IMG/VR virus record: IMGVR_UViG_3300018412_000010
DNA from: a virus
Direction: 5' to 3' (one strand)
Length of the DNA stretch: 64,000 bases
The notes under the pieces are model-generated. The model was not told the DNA's origin and made no database searches. It saw only the letters and a list, made by a program, of their open reading frames with translations. The translations under genes were made by a program, and so were the position numbers. This document shows, piece by piece, positions 10,414 through 19,765 of this stretch (the first letter of the stretch is position 1; each line of letters begins with the position of its first letter).

Positions 10414-12399
10414 TTAATTAAAGAAGCTTCTATATCCACTTCCGCCACCAAATCCACCAAAACCGCTGAATCCACCAAAACCTCTTGATGCGTTAACATT
10501 AACAGATGGTATATTCTGATTTTTATTTTCATTTGCGGCGAATGCCATCCTTGAATAATCAACTGTTCTTTCTTCAAAAACAAGTTCACGTTCAAGTATG
10601 CTTATTAAATACATTCCATATAAGAATGACATCAAAATATCCTTCTTATCTGTTGATTTCGCTTCTTTAATCATTATTCCTGTTCCAGTTTTTTGCTCTA
10701 TCTTTTTGGTGCTTATAGCCTGTTGAGTCAATGTAGAAGTAATTTCAAATGGCTTCATAAGTCTTTTGGCTTCTTCATTAAATCTTAATTCCGGATTATC
10801 CTTTAAAAACCTGTAATTATACTTATCATCAAGGTCATCATAAACATCAGCGACAGACTTTAAGAAACATATCTTATCTCTATCCAATCCAATTGTAGTA
10901 GTCGTAACCATTTCTTGATGCATCCTACCAGAATTTCTGCCCGCAGTTTTCATTGAATAAAGAATATCTTCTGCATCCTCATCCATAACTCTTCCACGCA
11001 TATCTTCATCGCCATTCATAGCACACCATGCTGGATAGAATTTATTTCTTGCAACGTCATACGTTCTTTTTGCACATATATCATATACACCACCACCAAT
11101 TGACATTGCATCCAATACAATATAGTCGCATTCAAGGTCATAAAATAATTGTTTAAGCCTTACTGCTTGGTCGTCTATACGCATACCATGATTTGTTTCA
11201 ATATGTGCGATTTGCTTCATATAATCCAATTGTATTTCTTCTTGACCAGTTTCGTAATTTGTTCTTGAAACACGTTCTGGAAATAATCTATATACTATAT
11301 AAGCACTATCGTCATTTCGTGTTCCGCCAACACTTGCGATATCGGCAGATATTATTCTTACTTCGCCATCTAATTTAGGTTGATAATATTTACACCTTGT
11401 TCTTATCAAACGCTGTAATTCATCAACAGTTCTGTATTCATCATTTCTAACACCTTGTCTTGCAACAAAATATTCTTCATCCGTCATTGGATACAGTGCT
11501 TCGTTTAATACTCTTCGTCTATTAAGATTTTCATATCTAAATAAAGCGCTATCCCCTTCACCTAACGGAATACATTCCATTTCAGACCTAAACTTGTTAA
11601 TGTCTGTTGTTGGATTATTAACTTCGGATTGAATATATCCCTTATTAATCATACCACCACGAACACCAAACTGATATGGCACAGAAATAGTATAGTAGTT
11701 TTCGTCCCCACGTTCAATCATCTTATTAAATGCTAGAAATTCTTCATAAGACCATTCTGTGGATGTGTTAATACTACTTAAATATATTTTTCTATTAGTT
11801 TCATTATTTTTAAAGTCCTTATATTTATTGATATTTCTATATAATGGATATCTTGGCTCTGTTAAGAACTTAGCCAATACGTCATCAATAATAGTCTTAT
11901 CCATTCCAATAAATTCGTCAAGAATTAACACTTGACATCTCTTACCTCTGGCATTGTTATTACATGTTACTGTATATATTATAGAAGTATTTTTCAATTT
12001 AATACTTGAGCCATCTTTTGAATTTGTTGAGCCTTCTATTTCAGTTCCTATGTTAGGATATTTTTCTTTGATTTCACCAAGTTTACCAACCATTGAATTT
12101 GACTGGTCTACTGTAGGTGATGATATTACTATCTTTATTCCAGGATACAGCACCCCCATAGCAATCGCAAATAACAATGTTAAGAACGATTTGCCGGTTC
12201 CTCTGGATGCCCAGAACATAAATTGCCGTAAATTTGATGTATCCCTTGCCATTTCATAAAGTATTACCTTTTGAAATTCTGCTAATCTTACACCAAAATA
12301 TTCTGCGATAAATCTATGTATATTTTTTCTCCAATATACAATTTGTTTATCCATGTTCTCCCAAAACTTACCTTCGATATCATAATTGATATTAATCAT
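10414..12399 (-). CDS. terL: Terminase large subunit
   Basis: Walker A ASRGTGKS, Walker B LILDE, nuclease IISADIA...D; upstream of portal. Confidence 0.9.
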   Translation of the reverse strand: MININYDIEGKFWENMDKQIVYWRKNIHRFIAEYFGVRLAEFQKVILYEMARDTSNLRQFMFWASRGTGKSFLTLLFAIAMGVLYPGIKIVISSPTVDQSNSMVGKLGEIKEKYPNIGTEIEGSTNSKDGSSIKLKNTSIIYTVTCNNNARGKRCQVLILDEFIGMDKTIIDDVLAKFLTEPRYPLYRNINKYKDFKNNETNRKIYLSSINTSTEWSYEEFLAFNKMIERGDENYYTISVPYQFGVRGGMINKGYIQSEVNNPTTDINKFRSEMECIPLGEGDSALFRYENLNRRRVLNEALYPMTDEEYFVARQGVRNDEYRTVDELQRLIRTRCKYYQPKLDGEVRIISADIASVGGTRNDDSAYIVYRLFPERVSRTNYETGQEEIQLDYMKQIAHIETNHGMRIDDQAVRLKQLFYDLECDYIVLDAMSIGGGVYDICAKRTYDVARNKFYPAWCAMNGDEDMRGRVMDEDAEDILYSMKTAGRNSGRMHQEMVTTTTIGLDRDKICFLKSVADVYDDLDDKYNYRFLKDNPELRFNEEAKRLMKPFEITSTLTQQAISTKKIEQKTGTGIMIKEAKSTDKKDILMSFLYGMYLISILERELVFEERTVDYSRMAFAANENKNQNIPSVNVNASRGFGGFSGFGGFGGGSGYRSFFN

Positions 12400-13516
12400 C
12401 GTCTTCCTCGCTTGGAGCAAATTCGAACGTAAAATCCTTCATGGCTTTTTCAAATTCATCCACCATAGGACTTTCTATTTTAGCTGTTCTACATAATGCG
12501 CCAGCCAAAGCCTTGCTAATAACTTTTATTTTATCAATATCATCAAGTTCTGGGTCGTTGTTAATTATAGGAGAAAATTCTTCTCTCTTTTTAATTAGAC
12601 TTCCTAAGTCTAAAGCATTGGAAGCGGCATCTTCTTTAGCTTTTTTCTTTGGCGAGAATGATGTTTGTGATAATACTCTACTTTTACTATCAAGTATTTT
12701 CTTAACATCTTCACATTCGCACAGTGTTTTAAATTCTTGCAATTCCAAATTACATAATGTAATTACTGCACTTTTATTAATATGGTCATTTGGTATATCA
12801 TGGGTTTCATAATATGATTTTTCGCGTTGGTCTAACCAAACTAAATCTTCATCCTCTTTATCTCCCCATTTTTTAACCAATTTCTTTCGCTGTTGTGGTG
12901 TTAGTTCGATATCTTCTTCTTCATCATCTTCATTCTTTACAGTCATTGCAAGAATATCATTATCCACTATCTTGGATAAATCTTCATCCATACAACAATT
13001 TTTAAACGGCTTTGATGCAAAATTACTTCCTTCAAATCCAAGATTCGTCTTAGTCCACGTAGCATTATCAATTATATATTTATCCAAAACTTCAATATAA
13101 TATTTGTATATTTCGCCTCTTTTAGTTCTTGATTTTCCATATTCTTTCAAGGCATCTTCAAAAGGTTCCTTTATAACAATTGTATTAGTTATGGAACATA
13201 TTATTGTTAATACGTCCGCAAGATTATTGTATGTTTCATAATATTTATTTATTAAATCATATACGCATTTTTCACATATATGCAATCTTCCATCTTTATA
13301 TATTCTTGAACGTGTTTTATGAAAATTTTTAACGTCCAATATTTCTCCACATGTAGAACAATACTTCATCTTATTTGAAGTTAATCCTTCCACGCTTTTG
13401 TCTATGACGCCGCTAACAATGGCTTTGTCAATCAATTGTTTTTTAATTTCGTTTTCTTTAGCCTCTCTAACAGCAGGCTTCGCTTTTTTCAAAACAGTTT
13501 TAGCTTTTGTAGCCAT
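12392..13516 (-). CDS. Zn-finger protein, putative terminase small subunit
   Basis: CSTC...CEKC, acidic stretch, overlaps terL start. Confidence 0.5.
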   Translation of the reverse strand: MATKAKTVLKKAKPAVREAKENEIKKQLIDKAIVSGVIDKSVEGLTSNKMKYCSTCGEILDVKNFHKTRSRIYKDGRLHICEKCVYDLINKYYETYNNLADVLTIICSITNTIVIKEPFEDALKEYGKSRTKRGEIYKYYIEVLDKYIIDNATWTKTNLGFEGSNFASKPFKNCCMDEDLSKIVDNDILAMTVKNEDDEEEDIELTPQQRKKLVKKWGDKEDEDLVWLDQREKSYYETHDIPNDHINKSAVITLCNLELQEFKTLCECEDVKKILDSKSRVLSQTSFSPKKKAKEDAASNALDLGSLIKKREEFSPIINNDPELDDIDKIKVISKALAGALCRTAKIESPMVDEFEKAMKDFTFEFAPSEEDDD

Positions 13517-13541
13517 TAATATCAACCCCTTTAATTCAATT

Positions 13542-13571
13542 AAAAAGACCCGCAAATTTCTTCACGGGTCT
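13542..13571 (-). terminator. Intrinsic terminator-like hairpin
   Basis: Minus strand GACCCGTGAAGAAATTTGCGGGTC followed by TTTT. Confidence 0.55.
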
Positions 13572-13634
13572 AATACCAGTAATTTGATAATCACGCCACT
13601 GATAGGCGCACCCATCATCCAATGGGTCTCTCAA

Positions 13635-14846
13635 CTAACTTAATTTTATATTATATGTACATTCTTTACCATCTTCATTAGAAAATAGCATTAATGTCTG
13701 TCCTGCGTCCGAATATAATCTCTTGCTATTCGCATAGTTATCGCTTCCGCATAGACTCCTACTAATCATAGTCTCTATTCCAAACGATTCCATACTTTCG
13801 TGGTGATGTTTATCACCCAAAATAGCATAATCTATCGTCTCTCCATATAATTTAGTAAAAATTGTATTAGCCATCTGACCAAAATTCTTAATTCTATCTA
13901 AATCACCATGACATGCAATTACATTATATCCACATACATTCAATTTTATAAATTCTTTAAATTCTGAATCTATAACATGAACATCTGTCTTATCACTTAA
14001 TCTTTGTCTTAACCACCAAGGGATAATCTTTTCCATATTATCAGTATGGATGCTATCTTTGATGTTCTGAATTGTTCTCATGTGGTTTCCATATGTAGAA
14101 TAGATAAATGTTTCACCAACTTCCGGTGAAAGTGCATCTACCACCTGTGCAAGCATCTCTGCTACATGCATTAGTTGGTCTGACACATCTTCTTCTGATG
14201 CTACTCTTGATGAATTATGAATTCCACCATTAGCCATATCCCCAAGAATTAAAATATGTAATCTTGCCGGCTTATGTAATGCGATATGTTGTAAAACTTT
14301 TTCTGTTAACGTCTCAACACGACTCTTACAAATTTCTACATTATATTTATTCCAAATATTATCTGTGCACATACCATAGTGCCAATCTGATAATACCAAT
14401 ACCGCATCTCTATTAGAATAATCATAACTTGTATTCTTTTTAAAAAGCAATGGTCTTTCTTTGTTCAAATTCTTAGCACATTCAAGCATATGTTCTGCTA
14501 GATGCTGCCCTCTTGCTTCTGGCATTAATAATTTATTATATTCACGCCTTTGGTCTGACAATTGTCTTTTAGCTCTGTAGATTTCATCAAGTTGCTCTTG
14601 CACACTTGTATTTTTATCACCAGAAATCATATCCGAAAAGACATTTTCATAATATCTTTTTGCATTCTGATATGGCTTTCTCCATGCTGACGATGTCTGT
14701 TCTGTATCTTCATCTCTTAATTCTGAGTTGAACACATATCCAAGTTCATCCCATCCAATATCAATAACGCCGTTATCTTTATATTGGCATATTCTCCAAA
14801 TATATTGTTCCTCATTTTCACCTGTTTTTTTACTTAAATCAACCAT
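13635..14846 (-). CDS. Calcineurin-like metallophosphoesterase
   Basis: SDWH, GDMANG, GNH, HGD and GDKHH motifs. Confidence 0.85.
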   Translation of the reverse strand: MVDLSKKTGENEEQYIWRICQYKDNGVIDIGWDELGYVFNSELRDEDTEQTSSAWRKPYQNAKRYYENVFSDMISGDKNTSVQEQLDEIYRAKRQLSDQRREYNKLLMPEARGQHLAEHMLECAKNLNKERPLLFKKNTSYDYSNRDAVLVLSDWHYGMCTDNIWNKYNVEICKSRVETLTEKVLQHIALHKPARLHILILGDMANGGIHNSSRVASEEDVSDQLMHVAEMLAQVVDALSPEVGETFIYSTYGNHMRTIQNIKDSIHTDNMEKIIPWWLRQRLSDKTDVHVIDSEFKEFIKLNVCGYNVIACHGDLDRIKNFGQMANTIFTKLYGETIDYAILGDKHHHESMESFGIETMISRSLCGSDNYANSKRLYSDAGQTLMLFSNEDGKECTYNIKLS

Positions 14847-14874
14847 TGTATCTCCTTTTATTCCAAATAATATA

Positions 14875-15207
14875 TTAAATATTATCTAACTCGCCTTTGA
14901 TAAATGCATACTTTGAAGCATCAACCGTTGCTTTAGCACCAATCTTTGTAGTTTCAAGATTGTGTCTAATGGCATCTAAACTCATAATGTAATCAATTGC
15001 TTCTGATGGTTTTAGTCCGCTATTGCATAGTGATGTAATTGCACCACTTACATATGAAAACTCTTTTAACCCTCTTGCAAATTCTTCATTATTAAGCTGT
15101 AAGTCAGCTTGTGAACTACAATCCAGCGGAATGAAGAAATAATCTTCATCCAACTGTTCTGCTGTCCCATTATTTAAAACAACTTCATTATTATTAATAT
15201 TTTCCAT
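14875..15207 (-). CDS. Hypothetical protein
   Basis: 110 aa, GGAGG RBS. Confidence 0.6.
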   Translation of the reverse strand: MENINNNEVVLNNGTAEQLDEDYFFIPLDCSSQADLQLNNEEFARGLKEFSYVSGAITSLCNSGLKPSEAIDYIMSLDAIRHNLETTKIGAKATVDASKYAFIKGELDNI

Positions 15208-15215
15208 AATTCCTC

Positions 15216-15782
15216 CTAAAGTATAATATCTATTGCGTTATATTTTAACATTTCTTCCGGAGTATAGAATTTATCTATTTTACATCTGTCAAGTTCGGCA
15301 AGTTCATCTATTGGAATATTCGAATATTTTTTAACCAATGAATGTAATTCTGCCTGTGACTTTTTAAAATGCTCTACATCCTCTATCATATTCTGTAATG
15401 TATCAATCGTCCCAGCGGATAAGCTGTGATACATGTATTCTGCTCTTCTGTATGATTTTCTTATACTGCCAACTAATGAAATAAAGAATCCGGCAGAATA
15501 TGCTTTGCTTGAGTTTATTGTAATTATACAATATCCATCATCTTTCATTTGTTCAATTAAAGATATTAACCCCATACATTCTGTCAACAGTCCTCCGTTT
15601 GAATTTACATATATTTCAATCGGTTCCTTTTCGCCAGTTTTATTATCCAAATCCATAAGTCTATGTAGATAATATATGCATTCAAAAATACTATCTTCTG
15701 TTACATAATCATTTAAAAAAATCTTTCTTTGCTTTAGCGCCAATGATATTTTCATTTGATATATTAAATTATTTTCGCCCAT
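15216..15782 (-). CDS. clpP: ClpP-like serine protease
   Basis: RKIFL, YVNSNGG, AYSAG (Ser), YMYH (His), DKFYTPEE (Asp). Confidence 0.85.
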   Translation of the reverse strand: MGENNLIYQMKISLALKQRKIFLNDYVTEDSIFECIYYLHRLMDLDNKTGEKEPIEIYVNSNGGLLTECMGLISLIEQMKDDGYCIITINSSKAYSAGFFISLVGSIRKSYRRAEYMYHSLSAGTIDTLQNMIEDVEHFKKSQAELHSLVKKYSNIPIDELAELDRCKIDKFYTPEEMLKYNAIDIIL

Positions 15783-15787
15783 ATGTA

Positions 15788-17005
15788 TTACCCAAGTAGA
15801 ACGGCTAATTTAGCAGTTTCTGACCTTTCTGTAGTATTTAATTCAACTGTTCCAAATAGTGGATTTCCCTTCAAATAATGAACACATTGTTTTAAACCAT
15901 TATTTGATTCGTATATCTTATCATCAACCTGTTTAATATCACCATTAATCCAAAGCTGTGAATCTTCTCCAATTCTTGAAATAATTAATTGTAAATGTTC
16001 TTTTGTAGTATTTTCTGCTTCCGAGCAAATTACAATACATCTATTAAATGTTCTACCTCTTATAAATCCAAGATGTTCAACTTCAATCTTTCCAGACATC
16101 ATCCACATCTGTAATCCATCAAATCCACCCATATTATCTGCAAGTGGGGATACAAATGGAAGTAGTTTATCATTCTTATCACCTGGTAAGAAACCAATCT
16201 GCTTTGAGTTCTTAACTTCAATATTGTTTCTTAACCAAATAATCTTGTCATATCTTTGTTTTCTGACTAAATCAATCGCATGTGCTGACATTAGGAAGTC
16301 TTTACCGCCACCCCAGCCGCCTTGAATTAATTTAACCTTTATATCATTATCTTGTAATAAGTCAAACGCCAATTCCTGTTCCACATTTCTTGGCTTAACC
16401 TTTCCATTAAAATCATTACTAATTACTTTAAATGAAATTGGCTGATAAATATTGCCATTCCACTTTAACTTATCAACAATATCACCCTTTTCATTCTTAA
16501 CAATAAGGTATTGATTTGTTAAACAGTCATACATATTTTCTCTATTATGCTCATATAAATAAAGCAGGTTTTTCTCCGATAATGTAATTACCTTCGCACC
16601 ATTATATTTATCTTCTTGCTTTTCTTTTTCAAGTTCTAAACACGACAATCCTAAAGAATAAGCCTTTACTCTTAAATTCATATCATCTGTAAGTAACAAT
16701 GCTTTATTTCTTTTTGCACAAGTAACTATCTTATTATCATTAATCACTTCATCGAAAGATTCATCTATATCATTTGTTAAATCAAATGTAATTAAATCAT
16801 AATTCTCTCTTAATGAATGAATAGATTTTCTTGCATGGTATTTTAACTCGTCGTTTGCAGAATTTTGCTTTATATTATCTAATTCTTCTACAACTTTAAT
16901 AGGAATAACTATCTTATACTCGTCTTTTAAATCATCAATTAATCCATCATGATTTAACAAAGCACTTGTATCAATAACTACTTTCTGCAACCTTCTCATG
17001 TGCAC
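15788..17005 (-). CDS. phoH: PIN domain-PhoH ATPase
   Basis: VIDTSALL and LLTDD (PIN); GGWGGGKD, IGFLPG, RGRTF, SEAEN, GDIKQ (PhoH). Confidence 0.9.
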   Translation of the reverse strand: MHMRRLQKVVIDTSALLNHDGLIDDLKDEYKIVIPIKVVEELDNIKQNSANDELKYHARKSIHSLRENYDLITFDLTNDIDESFDEVINDNKIVTCAKRNKALLLTDDMNLRVKAYSLGLSCLELEKEKQEDKYNGAKVITLSEKNLLYLYEHNRENMYDCLTNQYLIVKNEKGDIVDKLKWNGNIYQPISFKVISNDFNGKVKPRNVEQELAFDLLQDNDIKVKLIQGGWGGGKDFLMSAHAIDLVRKQRYDKIIWLRNNIEVKNSKQIGFLPGDKNDKLLPFVSPLADNMGGFDGLQMWMMSGKIEVEHLGFIRGRTFNRCIVICSEAENTTKEHLQLIISRIGEDSQLWINGDIKQVDDKIYESNNGLKQCVHYLKGNPLFGTVELNTTERSETAKLAVLLG

Positions 17006-17018
17006 GTCCTCCTATATA

Positions 17019-17189
17019 CTATCTGTATTCTACAATTTCAAACTTTTCCTTGATAAATCTCATCATTTTAATATAATCATCATCGGACACAGCATATTTC
17101 TTACCGTGTGAAGTTCTTGTATAGGGTTCCCTGCATTTGAATCCGCAATCTCTTGCTTTCTTGAATTCATTTTTACTTATTAAAACCAT
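17019..17189 (-). CDS. 56-aa hypothetical protein (not in ORF track)
   Basis: AAAGGAG RBS then MVLISKNEFKKARDCG...EIVEYR*. Confidence 0.55.
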   Translation of the reverse strand: MVLISKNEFKKARDCGFKCREPYTRTSHGKKYAVSDDDYIKMMRFIKEKFEIVEYR

Positions 17190-17215
17190 TTGTTCTCCTT
17201 TTATTCAAAAAAATT

Positions 17216-17289
17216 TGGCATATCTTAAAGGATTCGAACCCTTGATAACAGTTTTGGAGACTGTTGTGTTACCTCTACACTAAAGATAT
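17216..17289 (-). tRNA. trnW: tRNA-Trp (CCA)
   Basis: ATATCTT acceptor stem, ACAGT-CTCCAAA-ACTGT anticodon arm, GGTTCGAATCC T-arm, encoded 3' CCA. Confidence 0.9.
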
Positions 17290-17684
17290 ATATTTTTATC
17301 AACCCACTGTTGTTTAACAATGCAGCTTCTTGAACAGTAAAATCTTTCCTGCCCTCTTTTTGTTCTATATTTATATTTTGCAATCAAAATATTAAATTCG
17401 TTATTGCAATAATCGCATTTTAATGTAATATATTTTTCTTCATCGGATTTTAATCCGTGTTCTGAAGAATGTTTTTGCCTCGATAATAATTCAAGATTAT
17501 ACATATCATTATTTTTCTTATTACCATCTTTATGGTGGACTACTTCATTATAAGATAATTCGCGTCCTAAATAATTTACCATAATATATCTATGCTCATC
17601 AACAACACTACCATCTTCAAGATATAATTTTACATATTCATTTTTATCTAAATCATATCTTTTTAATATTTTTAAGCCTAACAA
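17280..17684 (-). CDS. HNH homing endonuclease with C-terminal Zn finger
   Basis: EHR...GREL...EVVHHKDGNKKNN...NLEL; CDYC...YCSRSC. Confidence 0.85.
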   Translation of the reverse strand: MLGLKILKRYDLDKNEYVKLYLEDGSVVDEHRYIMVNYLGRELSYNEVVHHKDGNKKNNDMYNLELLSRQKHSSEHGLKSDEEKYITLKCDYCNNEFNILIAKYKYRTKRGQERFYCSRSCIVKQQWVDKNIYL

Positions 17685-17768
17685 TTTATTCTCCTTAATA
17701 TATATCGTATACCATAGGTAAAACAGTATATTATCTATGGTATACTTTTAATTACTTTCGTTATATAT

Positions 17769-17797
17769 ATTATAACATAAATTCGTAACTTTGTCAA
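17769..17797 (-). promoter_or_regulatory. sigma-A promoter for HNH/tRNA
   Basis: TTGACA-17-TATAAT with extended TG. Confidence 0.7.
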
Positions 17798-17835
17798 GCA
17801 AAATACTAAATTCTTTTTAATTTAATAAAAATAAA

Positions 17836-18042
17836 TTATATATATTTACGCGATTCAGTCCATTCTTCTAAAAGTTCACTTAATTCAGAACTTCTTTCAA
17901 AACACCAGCACGTTCTGTTGGTTTTTAAATTTCTAAATGGCTCAATACACGTTTTTAATCCATTTCTTTCTAAAAAATTCTTTAAATTTGGTGAATAACA
18001 ATGAAATATTTTTTCTGTAGAGTATCTCATGATAAACACCAC
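17836..18042 (-). CDS. Small protein heading the late region (DUF5659-like)
   Basis: FHCYS.NLKNFL..NG......N.KT.RTCW.F pattern. Confidence 0.55.
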   Translation of the reverse strand: MVFIMRYSTEKIFHCYSPNLKNFLERNGLKTCIEPFRNLKTNRTCWCFERSSELSELLEEWTESRKYI

Positions 18043-18196
18043 CTTCTTTCATAAGTTTTATTTACCAAAATAATCACCCTTTCTTTCAAATATTAAGAGG
18101 TTTTTATTCACCCTCTTTTCATTATAGTAAATCCATATACTCGTTTTTAATATCATATGTTTATATGGAAATAAAATTACAGGTCTTCGCTGATTT

Positions 18197-18931
18197 CTAT
18201 CTTTTTCTTTTAAGCTCTATTTCTTTTGAACAAGAATCACAATACTTTCTATTTGGCGTTCTTTCTACAACTACCCCACACTTAGAACATAAAACTACAT
18301 TTTTATTTAAACCAGTAACATAATCAAATAGCAATCTCATATTGCCAATGTTGGTAAATTCGTATTTATAATTACCATCATACATATTAATAATTTCATC
18401 AGATATTGTTGTTACAAACCTAACATCATCTTTGAGATGTAGCATTTTTGAAGAAATTACTCCATCTTCATTTAACTTATATAATATAGAATCTATGGCG
18501 TCTGTGTGAATGCAAGTATTGTACGCCAATCTTATATTTTCATTTACTAAATCAATATTTGATTTTCCATACATTTTATATACACACATTATATAAAAAA
18601 TAACTCTTGCAACATTTTTCTTTTGCTTATTCAAATAGTCAATTTCTTTTTGACAAAACCTAATAACCATATCGTCTGAATTATATTCTCTTTCTACCAT
18701 ATCTAATCTATTTTTAATATAAATATCCTTTCTTCTAACGAAAGAGTATATAATTTCTAGTTGCTTTACCATATAACCATTTATTTCTTCTAATGATTTT
18801 CCCTCTTTTTTCAAATAATAAGCGATACACTTAAGTTCATTAGATAAGGATTTTGACTGAGGAGCGCAGTCCTCAGAAAATCCTCTCTTATATGCTTTAT
18901 ATCCATATTCATACTTGTCAAAAATATACAT
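18197..18931 (-). CDS. RNAP-linked protein with C-terminal Zn ribbon
   Basis: CSKCG...RKYCDSC; paralog of 18941..19765. Confidence 0.65.
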   Translation of the reverse strand: MYIFDKYEYGYKAYKRGFSEDCAPQSKSLSNELKCIAYYLKKEGKSLEEINGYMVKQLEIIYSFVRRKDIYIKNRLDMVEREYNSDDMVIRFCQKEIDYLNKQKKNVARVIFYIMCVYKMYGKSNIDLVNENIRLAYNTCIHTDAIDSILYKLNEDGVISSKMLHLKDDVRFVTTISDEIINMYDGNYKYEFTNIGNMRLLFDYVTGLNKNVVLCSKCGVVVERTPNRKYCDSCSKEIELKRKR

Positions 18932-18940
18932 AAAATACCC

Positions 18941-19765
18941 CTATTTCTTGTTTGATGGATAATAATAATCATAATTACTGTCTTTTAAATTAGGATGCTT
19001 CCAATTATTCTTTTCTTTCCAATTCTCTTCAGCAATCTTATTGCTTTCATATGAGCAATCTTGACATTTTGTTTTTGTGTTCTTTTTTCTTACATCTATA
19101 CATCCACAATCACTACATATATAGTAGTTATCTTCATATCCTAAAATTTGTTTAATTCTAATTTTTAAATTTCTAAAATCTTCAATCATTACTACATATG
19201 AACCATTTCTAGTATAAGATAATAATTCATCAGATGGCTGAAAATATCCATTATATCTTTTTGCTTCAAACTTTTTTTCCAATTTAATATATGAGTTAAA
19301 AAATCCCATATCTAAAAATCTTTCAAACAGGTTATGAAATTGCGCTGAATTCATTTTTACTGGGAATACCCTCTGTATATCCATTTGCGACATTTTAAAT
19401 TCTCCGCCATAATATTTGTAAATACACATCATTGTCATTAACAACAACATTATATTTTCTTCTTCTTGGCTATTTATTAAATCTAATTCTGATTGATTAA
19501 ACGTGGCAACATGGCTTACTACCGGATTTTCTTCCGCCACATCAATCATATATTTAATTTTCTTTCTTAATTCACCTTCATTAACCACTCTTAAGTAAAC
19601 TAATTTAAATTTCTTATATAATTCTGCTTCTATTTCATGCCTATTCATACCAATCGAGAATAAATACTTGGAGATAAGAACCCCCTTGTCGAGGGCTCCT
19701 AAAACTGCATTTATCTTTTTTCTGTAATATTTTCTTCCTTGATGTAATTCGTCTAAAACAATCAT
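18941..19765 (-). CDS. RNAP-linked protein with C-terminal Zn ribbon
   Basis: CSDCG...KCQDC; translationally coupled to RNAP. Confidence 0.65.
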   Translation of the reverse strand: MIVLDELHQGRKYYRKKINAVLGALDKGVLISKYLFSIGMNRHEIEAELYKKFKLVYLRVVNEGELRKKIKYMIDVAEENPVVSHVATFNQSELDLINSQEEENIMLLLMTMMCIYKYYGGEFKMSQMDIQRVFPVKMNSAQFHNLFERFLDMGFFNSYIKLEKKFEAKRYNGYFQPSDELLSYTRNGSYVVMIEDFRNLKIRIKQILGYEDNYYICSDCGCIDVRKKNTKTKCQDCSYESNKIAEENWKEKNNWKHPNLKDSNYDYYYPSNKK

